Shown one piece after another: positions 25,541 to 32,000 of a stretch of DNA of 32,000 bases (positions within the stretch are counted from its first letter, which is position 1; the number at the start of each line of letters is the position of its first letter). The notes under the pieces were generated by a model. It was not told the DNA's origin. It saw nothing but the letters and a program-made list of their open reading frames with translations, and did no database searches. The stretch is taken from contig NZ_CP060715.1 of NCBI RefSeq assembly GCF_014396165.1, positions 270,001 to 302,000 on the forward strand, written 5' to 3'. The DNA comes from Erysipelothrix inopinata (GTDB lineage: Bacteria > Bacillota_I > Bacilli_A > Erysipelotrichales > Erysipelotrichaceae). Both the position numbers and the translations under genes were made by a program.

Positions 25541-26566
25541 CTATTTCGTTTCTTCGAGAACAATTTCATTAAATAGCTTTGTAATTTTTTTATCCTGGAG
25601 GTGTCTTCCAATCATAACAATTTTAGTTTCTCTAGCATCAGAATTCCATTTACGTCCCATTTCTGTTTTAAATGCCATATTAACACCTTGAAGAACGACT
25701 TGGTAATCAAAGTTATGAATACTAATAATCCCCTTGTATCTCATAAGATCTTCGCCATATTCTCCAATTATTAAGTTAATCCATGTTGAAAGTTTATGTT
25801 CATCAAGTGGCTTGTCAGTCACAATCGATAAAGTATCTACTCCAGTATGGTGGTGATCGTGATTATGGTCATGTCCATGATGATGGTGATGTTCACGTTC
25901 AACCATGGCATCGATATCTTCCTCTACACGATGTATTTCACCTGAGGCACGATCAAATAAATTCAACCCCACTACATCTTCAAACTTCACGGTATCTAGA
26001 TTAAGTACTTCGACTGCTATTAATGGATTAATATTTTTAATATGTGTTTCTACACGTTCTAATTCATCATCGGCAACCTCTTCCGATTTAGTAATAAATG
26101 CTTGATCTGCATAAGCAATTTGTTCACGTGTTTCTACAAATTCGTGCATTTGCTTAACACCATTTACCGCATCAACCAAAGTGATAATACTATCAATTGA
26201 TAGTTGTTCGCTCAGACGTGGTGTCCGTAAAACTGTTTGTGCAATAGGACTTGGCTCTGCTAAACCACTGGTTTCAATAATGATACGATCGATTTCAAGA
26301 CCCTCTTTTTCTCGAGCGTCCAAAATACCATAAAACATTTCAACTAAATCATCCCTCAAAATACAACACATACAACCACTGTTAATTTGATAGATTCTTT
26401 CCTCTTCATTCACAAGCACTAATTCATGATCAATGCCCATATCTCCATATTCATTCACAATCACGACGATATTTTCATCTTGATGGTTTTTCATAATTTT
26501 ATTGAGTAATGTTGTTTTCCCCGCACCCAAGAATCCTGTAACAATAGTAACTGGAATTGGTTTCAT
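25541..26566 (-). CDS. COG0523 (CobW/YciC/ZigA-type) metallochaperone GTPase with a His-rich insert
   Basis: P-loop GFLGAGKTTLLN, metal motif CMCC (CxCC) and His stretch EREHHHHHGHDHNHDHHH are present. Confidence 0.9.
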   Translation of the reverse strand: MKPIPVTIVTGFLGAGKTTLLNKIMKNHQDENIVVIVNEYGDMGIDHELVLVNEEERIYQINSGCMCCILRDDLVEMFYGILDAREKEGLEIDRIIIETSGLAEPSPIAQTVLRTPRLSEQLSIDSIITLVDAVNGVKQMHEFVETREQIAYADQAFITKSEEVADDELERVETHIKNINPLIAVEVLNLDTVKFEDVVGLNLFDRASGEIHRVEEDIDAMVEREHHHHHGHDHNHDHHHTGVDTLSIVTDKPLDEHKLSTWINLIIGEYGEDLMRYKGIISIHNFDYQVVLQGVNMAFKTEMGRKWNSDARETKIVMIGRHLQDKKITKLFNEIVLEETK

Positions 26567-26716
26567 AGTTATCCTTCTTTCTACTACTTATAGTTTTTTA
26601 ATTTTTGGATAAACTTATCTTAAACCTGTTCATCGATTCTGTCAACACAGTTGCGAACCATTTGCATTAAGTTATTTAATGCGTCCATTACCGTGCTTAA
26701 ATAAAATTTGAATTGG

Positions 26717-26986
26717 TTACTTTACACAACTCCCATTTGCTTTAAATATCTTCTCAACTAATTGAGTATTTCTTTCAACTTGAGACATTTCACGTGGATT
26801 ATAATTATCATATTCCCCAAAGTCTGCCATCAATTTTTTAAGCTCTATAACCATCCTCTTCATATAAATAACTTCAACGATTTCGAGATTAACATTAATT
26901 GTATTCACTTCTTCCATCTCATTTAAAGTATCATCCAGCTCTTGTAATAAACCTGCAATATCAATGATTAATTTTCTCTCTTCCAT
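26717..26986 (-). CDS. Hypothetical acidic coiled-coil-like protein (89 aa)
   Basis: I prefer ATG at 26986, behind AAAGGAGAAG; the ORF-track start at 27028 is TTG. No family was recognised. Confidence 0.45.
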   Translation of the reverse strand: MEERKLIIDIAGLLQELDDTLNEMEEVNTINVNLEIVEVIYMKRMVIELKKLMADFGEYDNYNPREMSQVERNTQLVEKIFKANGSCVK

Positions 26987-27050
26987 TTCTTCTCCTTTTC
27001 CATCAATATATTTAATTGGACCTGGCAATATTCAACTTCTCATCGTCTTT

Positions 27051-27115
27051 AATTAAATAACACACCACAGACTAAGTTTATTACTTCAAAACTTTCCATG
27101 GTGTGTTATTTAATT
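27051..27115. repeat. Perfect 16-bp inverted repeat with a 33-nt spacer
   Basis: The arms are AATTAAATAACACACC (27051-27066) and GGTGTGTTATTTAATT (27100-27115). Confidence 0.9.
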
Positions 27116-27290
27116 TAGTAATTATAAACTTTTGTACTATTTCTATTTAACGGTCTATAACTATTAATAGCCTACCTGAAAAATTAATAAAAATATTTTT
27201 TTTGCCTACATCAACTTTCCAATCAATAAAAATATTGATATTGAAATATTAGTTGCAGCTAAGTTGATCGATAACTTATCCCATTTCAGT

Positions 27291-27298
27291 TATCACTA
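27291..27298. repeat. Left 8-bp target-site duplication TATCACTA
   Basis: It is identical to 28643-28650 and immediately abuts the IS terminal repeat. Confidence 0.85.
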
Positions 27299-28642
27299 GG
27301 TAGTATAAAATATTTTGTGTAAACGTCTTGCGACGTGAAATAGAAAAAGGAAGTCATATCTTGTAGAATAAAGTTACTAGACAACATTCAAAAGGAGACT
27401 TCCCATGACTAATTTTAACACAGAACTTTATACTGCACTAGCCCAAGGAATATCATTGGATACTTTCATCAGAAGTGAGTTAGAAATTGCGATGAATCAA
27501 TTACTCCAAACAGAGCTGACTGTATTTTTAGACTATGAGCGATATGATCCAATTGGCTACAATAGTGGTAATTCTAGAAACGGAAACTATACTCGAACTG
27601 TTAAAACAAAGTATGGTGAAGTATGCCTTACCATACCACGTGATCGCAATGGTGATTTTAATCAACAAACCATTCCGCCTTACAAACGTCAGACTGATGA
27701 TTTAGAAACTACCATTCTTCAACTCTATTCTAAAGGCATCACCACTTCTGAAATTGCCGATTTAATTGAAAAAATGTACGGACATGCTTACACGCCACAA
27801 ACAGTTTCTTATATAACTCAAGCCATTGAAACTTCTGTTGATGAATTTCATAAACGATTACTTTCCAAGCGCTACCTTGCGGTTTATGGTGACTCAACTT
27901 ATCTAAATGTACGACGGGATTCTGTTTCTAAAGAAGCACTACATATTCTTATCGGCATCACTCCAGAAGGATATAAAGAAGTTTTAGATTATCGAATCTA
28001 TCCACAAGAATCAGCTGATAATTATCGTGAGATGCTTAAGGACATACAAATGCGTGGTTGTGAAGAAGTTTTGTTGTTTATCACTGATGGACTAACAGGT
28101 ATTCGAGATGCCTGTTTAGAAGTGTATCCGAAAGCAATGCACCAAACGTGTTGGGTGCATTTACAGAGAAACGTTTCACGCTTGGTGCGAGCAAAAGATC
28201 GTAAAGAAATTTTAGAACAATTGAAACCTGTTTATCAGGCAACTGAAAAATCAGTAGCGATCGACTTGCTGGAAAACTTCAAAGCATCGGTTAAGAAACG
28301 ATATCCGAAGGTTGTAGCTATGTTTGATAAAAACAAAAGTTTGTTTGAATTTTTAGATTTTCCAAGACAAATTCAGAGAAGTTTATATACAACAAACTTA
28401 ATTGAAGGATTCAATAAGCATCTAAAGCGGTATACTCGTCGCAAAGAACAATTTCCTAATGAAGAGTCACTCGACCGTTTTGTATGCTCTCAAGTGATTG
28501 AATACAATCACAAAGGCATTCGTAGGATTCATAAAGGATTTGATATAGTACAGTCTGAAATTGAAACATTATTTGAAGAAAAATACCATTAATAATTTTC
28601 TTCTACAAGAAACGATGTTTACACAAACTTCTTGACGCTACC
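27299..28642 (+). mobile_element. IS256-family insertion sequence, 1344 bp, apparently intact
   Basis: The terminal inverted repeats are GGTAGTATAAAATATTTTGTGTAAAC and, as the reverse complement of the right end, GGTAGCGTCAAGAAGTTTGTGTAAAC (20/26 identical, ungapped). A single transposase ORF and 8-bp direct repeats flank the element. Confidence 0.9.
27405..28592 (+). CDS. IS256-family (Mutator-type) transposase
   Basis: AAAGGAGA RBS. At 395 aa it has the typical family layout, with the CWVHLQRN motif region and the D...D...E spacing. Confidence 0.9.
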   Translation: MTNFNTELYTALAQGISLDTFIRSELEIAMNQLLQTELTVFLDYERYDPIGYNSGNSRNGNYTRTVKTKYGEVCLTIPRDRNGDFNQQTIPPYKRQTDDLETTILQLYSKGITTSEIADLIEKMYGHAYTPQTVSYITQAIETSVDEFHKRLLSKRYLAVYGDSTYLNVRRDSVSKEALHILIGITPEGYKEVLDYRIYPQESADNYREMLKDIQMRGCEEVLLFITDGLTGIRDACLEVYPKAMHQTCWVHLQRNVSRLVRAKDRKEILEQLKPVYQATEKSVAIDLLENFKASVKKRYPKVVAMFDKNKSLFEFLDFPRQIQRSLYTTNLIEGFNKHLKRYTRRKEQFPNEESLDRFVCSQVIEYNHKGIRRIHKGFDIVQSEIETLFEEKYH

Positions 28643-28650
28643 TATCACTA
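28643..28650. repeat. Right 8-bp target-site duplication TATCACTA
   Basis: It is identical to 27291-27298. Confidence 0.85.
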
Positions 28651-28746
28651 ACCATTCATAAGTTACAACTTTCATTTAGTTTATATTAAGATTATTCATT
28701 TCGTTATAAGTATGTAATTAAAGTTATTCGAAATGTAATGAATTAC

Positions 28747-28779
28747 AAGAAAAAAGCCTCATTTTTTAAGATGAGGCTT
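28747..28779 (-). terminator. Intrinsic terminator after the LURP-one-like gene
   Basis: The minus strand reads AAAGCCTCA-(10 nt)-TGAGGCTTT, followed by TTTTCTT. Confidence 0.8.
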
Positions 28780-28804
28780 TCATTAATATTTGTATTGGCT
28801 AATC

Positions 28805-29317
28805 TTATTGTGCTGAGGTTGAGCTCGATGAAGAATTATGACTTGAAGAACGATCTTTCTCGATTTCATTATCGACAACAATTGCGACACATAGTGCAAG
28901 TAATTGATACTTTTCATCAAGTATGTTCAATTCATAGCTATCACCCCATGTAAACCAATGTTTACGAAGCGACATGACAGGTGCTTTCCCATCTACTATC
29001 GAGTAGTTGTGTGACATGTAGTCACCTTTCAACTTCCAGTTTGTTCCTTCGATTTGGAATTTTTGTTTGAACATTGTGAAGTTTCGTTTGATGACAACGC
29101 TTGGTTGGCCTTCAATTGTAATCTTGTAATGAGCCATAATTTTCAACATTTGTCTCTCAATAGTTGCTACTTTTTTACCCGATTGATCGGTAATCGTAAA
29201 TTTCTTAGGAATTCGCATAAAACTTCCCTTAACCCAATAAACATCTTCATTGAATTCATTACGAACTGTGAATGATTCACCGATTGTAAAAACTTTTTGT
29301 TTGATATATAGTTTCAT
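28805..29317 (-). CDS. LURP-one-related / YxjI-like (tubby C-terminal-like fold) protein with a Ser-rich tail
   Basis: AAAGGAG RBS. The N-terminus MKLYIKQKVFTIGESFTVRNEFNEDVYWVKG and the repeating beta-hairpin pattern are typical of the family. The C-terminus is SSSHNSSSSSTSAQ. Confidence 0.7.
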   Translation of the reverse strand: MKLYIKQKVFTIGESFTVRNEFNEDVYWVKGSFMRIPKKFTITDQSGKKVATIERQMLKIMAHYKITIEGQPSVVIKRNFTMFKQKFQIEGTNWKLKGDYMSHNYSIVDGKAPVMSLRKHWFTWGDSYELNILDEKYQLLALCVAIVVDNEIEKDRSSSHNSSSSSTSAQ

Positions 29318-29338
29318 TTTTGAATCTCCTTTTAAACT

Positions 29339-29347
29339 ATTATATCA
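29339..29347 (-). promoter_or_regulatory. Extended -10 element (TGaTATAAT) upstream of the LURP-one-like gene
   Basis: The minus strand reads TGATATAAT, about 20 nt upstream of the ATG at 29317. The -35 is weak. Confidence 0.45.
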
Positions 29348-29374
29348 CTGTGACAGGATGTCTTTGATATCTTT

Positions 29375-31426
29375 TTAATTATTATCTAAGAGATTTTTTA
29401 CAAGTGATTCTGGAACAACGTCATAGCGAACTAATGTTTCCTGGTAACTACCACTACCCTGAGTCATCGAACGCAAATCAGCAACATATTTTTTCACTTC
29501 AACTTTAGGTACTTCTGCTTGAATCAATTGAAGTTGGTTTTCAAGAGCATCAACGCTTAGGATAACACCACGTCTTTTATTTAAATCTCCCATAATTGTA
29601 CCCGTAAAGGATTCGGGTACGGTAATCTCAAGTAAAACAATGGGTTCTAAAAGTTGAACTGTCGCTTTCTCCATAGCATCAAGATATGCCAAACGAGCAG
29701 CCTGCTTAAAGGCAATCTCTTTGGAATCAACATCATGATATTTACCATCTACAAGTGTTGCTTTGACACCAACCACTTTATACCCTGCTAGCACGCCTTT
29801 AACCATTGCTTCACGAAGTCCTTGTTCTACGGAGCTAAAGAATTGTTTTGGAACTGCACCACCGACGACACGCGTTTCGTAAACCATATCCTCGCAATCC
29901 CAAGGTTCAAACTCGATAAAGACATGACCAAACTGACCAGCCCCTCCCGTTTGTTTCTTATGTCTACCCTCACCGGTTACTTTATTTCTAATTGTTTCGC
30001 GGAAGGCAACTTTTGGTTCCGTTACATTCACAGTTACACCATATTTATCTTTAAGTTTTGTAATGAGTGAATCCAGGTGTTGATCTCCCAATCCATATAG
30101 GATCTGTTCCAATGTTTCAGGATTTTTTTCAAAACGCGCACCACAATCCTCTTCCAGAACTTTACTCAAAGCCATGCTAAGTTTGTCTTCATCTTTCTTT
30201 GTTTCAGGTTGAATCGTAACACCCAATAATGGTTGCGGAATATCGGGACTATCATAAATTATTTTACAATCCGATGCTGCAAGCGTATCGAACGTTTTAG
30301 TGCTTTGAAGTTTCGTTACCGCTCCAATATCTCCGGAAAATAATTTACCAACTCCTATTTGATATTTACCATTGATACTAAACACTTGGTTAATAGTTTC
30401 TGTTTCTTGTTGATTATTATTTGTTACTTCAGAATCAGCGCTGAGTACCCCACTCATTACTTTTAAGTAACTAATCTTTCCTACAAAGGGGTCAACAATA
30501 GTTTTAAATACTTGTGCACTAAATACTTCATCTTCTTGAGTTCGCAGGGTAATTTCATTTCCTTTTCGATCCTTACCCGTTACGGTTCCTTTTTCTTGAT
30601 AACTTGGAAAGTACTCTGTAATGAGATCAAGGAGGCGACGCATCCCAATCCCTGCATTGGCACTTCCACAATAAACAGGACGGATATCTCCGCTTCGAAC
30701 ACCAAGAGAAACACCTTTCAAAATATCCTCTTCTGATAAGTTTCCCTTATCAAAATATGTTTCCATCAACTCATCATCAGTCATTGCAACTGCTTCACAA
30801 ATTTCTTCCCAATGAATTGCTACTTGATCGGCATATTCTTCAGGAACTTCATGAGGTTTTTCAGGATGATCGTAGTACCATACCTTCTTACTTAATAAAT
30901 TAATACTTCCGATAACAACACCTTTTTCTCGAATTGGTATCTCAAATGCAATGACACTTTTTCCGAATGTTTCTCTTAACGTCTCATAGGCTGTGTGGAA
31001 ACTAACATTTTCATCATCCATTTTATTGACGAAGAAAATAGTGGGTTTGTTTTCTGATTCAACCCAACGAAATGCGGACTTCGTGCCCTCATCCACACCA
31101 TTTTTACCATCAACTACAATTAAGACATTATCCCCAACACTCAGTCCCGATAAAGTTTCCGCTACAAAATCTGCATATCCAGGTGTATCAATACAGTTAA
31201 TTTTACAGTCTTGCCACTCAATTGGTACCATCTTTAAAGATAACGTTTGACCCCTTTTTATTTCTTGGGGTTCAAAGTCAATTGAAGATTGACCACTCTC
31301 TGCTGAGACAATTCGATCTATTTGTTTAGCTTCTAACATCATGGATTGAATCACTGAACTCTTACCACTTCCGTTATGTCCCAGTACTGCTAGGTTTCTT
31401 ACATTCTCGCTTCTATAGTCTTTCAT
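29375..31426 (-). CDS. Elongation factor G paralogue with DTPGY in place of DTPGH
   Basis: G1 is GHNGSGKS, switch I is RGQT, G3 is DTPGYADF, G4 is NKMD and G5 is GSA. The domain IV strings KKQTGGAGQFGHV and DGKYHDVDSKEIAFKQAA are EF-G-like. The protein is 683 aa. Confidence 0.85.
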   Translation of the reverse strand: MKDYRSENVRNLAVLGHNGSGKSSVIQSMMLEAKQIDRIVSAESGQSSIDFEPQEIKRGQTLSLKMVPIEWQDCKINCIDTPGYADFVAETLSGLSVGDNVLIVVDGKNGVDEGTKSAFRWVESENKPTIFFVNKMDDENVSFHTAYETLRETFGKSVIAFEIPIREKGVVIGSINLLSKKVWYYDHPEKPHEVPEEYADQVAIHWEEICEAVAMTDDELMETYFDKGNLSEEDILKGVSLGVRSGDIRPVYCGSANAGIGMRRLLDLITEYFPSYQEKGTVTGKDRKGNEITLRTQEDEVFSAQVFKTIVDPFVGKISYLKVMSGVLSADSEVTNNNQQETETINQVFSINGKYQIGVGKLFSGDIGAVTKLQSTKTFDTLAASDCKIIYDSPDIPQPLLGVTIQPETKKDEDKLSMALSKVLEEDCGARFEKNPETLEQILYGLGDQHLDSLITKLKDKYGVTVNVTEPKVAFRETIRNKVTGEGRHKKQTGGAGQFGHVFIEFEPWDCEDMVYETRVVGGAVPKQFFSSVEQGLREAMVKGVLAGYKVVGVKATLVDGKYHDVDSKEIAFKQAARLAYLDAMEKATVQLLEPIVLLEITVPESFTGTIMGDLNKRRGVILSVDALENQLQLIQAEVPKVEVKKYVADLRSMTQGSGSYQETLVRYDVVPESLVKNLLDNN

Positions 31427-31441
31427 ATTAAGCCATCCTCA

Positions 31442-32000
31442 CTAAACTAAATACTGTTTCAATGTTTCGAAATCATGCTGTCTTACATAATGAATCGCCA
31501 AACGATCCTCGTCATCTTTAATTGTAATATCAGCATCCGAATCTACAAGAAATTTAATCAATTCTTCATAACCTGAGTATGCTGCTCTCATTAACGCTGT
31601 GCAGCCATTAGCGTCACGCTCATTAACGTTTGCTTGATGACGAACAAGATACTTGATAATGTCCATTTGGTACGCCAGCGTTGCTTCCATGAGCGCTGTA
31701 CGACCTAACGTATCTTTAGCATTAACATCGGCGCCATTTTCAACAAGTAACTTAACGATATCTAAATGACCTAAGAAACTTGCTCTCATTAATGCAGTGC
31801 GACCTTTTTCATCTTGAAGATTAACATTTGCACCTGCTTTAATTAATAAAGCAACAATATCAAGATGGCCCTTCTTAGCTGCACTCATTAAAGCATCTTT
31901 ACCAAAAATATCGAGTGCATTTACATCGGCATTATGATCAATTAAAAATCTTACGATATTTGTATGGCCACGTTTTGCACTTCTCATTAATGCGGTACGA
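31442..32000 (-). CDS. Ankyrin-repeat protein (5' end lies outside the window)
   Basis: At least five tandem 33-aa units fit xGxTALMxAxxxGHLDIVKLLxxxGAxVNxxD. The frame stays open to the window edge (RTALMRSAKRGH...). The stop lies 15 nt upstream of the EF-G-like ATG. Confidence 0.85.
   Translation of the reverse strand, partial: RTALMRSAKRGHTNIVRFLIDHNADVNALDIFGKDALMSAAKKGHLDIVALLIKAGANVNLQDEKGRTALMRASFLGHLDIVKLLVENGADVNAKDTLGRTALMEATLAYQMDIIKYLVRHQANVNERDANGCTALMRAAYSGYEELIKFLVDSDADITIKDDEDRLAIHYVRQHDFETLKQYLV

Noticed and set aside
25783-26105. Plus-strand ORFs antisense to the COG0523 gene
   Set aside because: They lie inside a gene with clear P-loop, CxCC and His-stretch motifs, and they have no independent support.
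26567-26716. Looked for a Zur box (AT-rich 7-1-7 palindrome of the TCGTAAT-N-ATTACGA type) or an AdcR box (TTAACnnGTTAA) upstream of the COG0523 gene
   Set aside because: There is no convincing match. Only short 4-5-bp palindromes are present (for example CAAC-ACA-GTTG), and these are expected by chance.
27049-27102. 16-codon mini-ORF (MESFEVINLVCGVLFN) spanning the loop and one arm of the 16-bp inverted repeat, considered as a leader peptide
   Set aside because: It has no Shine-Dalgarno and no regulatory codon bias, and it is too short to support from sequence alone.
29375-31426. Considered calling the EF-G-like gene a Tet(M)/Tet(O)-type ribosomal protection (tetracycline resistance) gene
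   Set aside because: Its length (683 aa) and domain IV strings (KKQTGGAGQFGHV, DGKYHDVDS) follow EF-G rather than Tet(M)-type proteins. It also lacks the DTPGH motif those proteins retain. No resistance claim is justified.
1-32000. Scan for CRISPR arrays, tRNA/rRNA genes, prophage modules and known defence-system hallmarks (nucleases, helicases, methyltransferase/restriction pairs, toxin-antitoxin pairs)
   Set aside because: I saw no regularly spaced repeats, no tRNA-like T-arm/acceptor patterns and no phage structural or defence-type domains. The only mobile DNA found is the IS256-family element.

Overview
This is a 32-kb chromosomal segment from a low-GC Gram-positive bacterium (Bacillota). 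I cannot place it more precisely without a database search. I support about 30 protein genes and found no rRNA, tRNA or CRISPR array.

Left to right:
- (1) 34-3999, minus strand: a seven-gene Tad/Flp-type pilus operon in which every gene junction overlaps. It includes a 48-aa Flp-like pilin gene that is too short to appear in the supplied ORF track.
- (2) 4112-10349: a flavin-based extracellular electron transfer (FLEET)-like locus. It has an ApbE flavin-transferase lipoprotein and an operon encoding a long NDH-2 with a C-terminal membrane domain, a polyprenyl synthase and a UbiA/MenA-type prenyltransferase. An LPXTG wall protein sits where Listeria has PplA.
- (3) leuS with a Leu (CUC) T-box leader.
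- (4) Housekeeping and accessory genes: two GNATs, rlmA, a CxxC lipoprotein, an orphan LytTR regulator, copY with a perfect cop box, a membrane GP-PDE, a pseudouridine synthase, a Cof hydrolase and a MazG-like protein.
- (5) A metal cluster: a His-rich P1B-4-type ATPase behind an ArsR/SmtB-like operator, an HdeD-like protein and a His-rich COG0523 GTPase.
- (6) An intact IS256-family element with 8-bp target duplications.
- (7) An ankyrin-repeat protein gene followed 15 nt later by an EF-G paralogue gene, then a LURP-one/YxjI-like gene. The EF-G paralogue has Tyr in place of the catalytic His.

The strongest candidates for something undescribed are the ankyrin / His-to-Tyr EF-G cassette and the Ala/Gly-rich repeat with AGAT motifs inside the NDH-2 membrane domain. 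All family calls rest on motifs read by eye; no searches were run.
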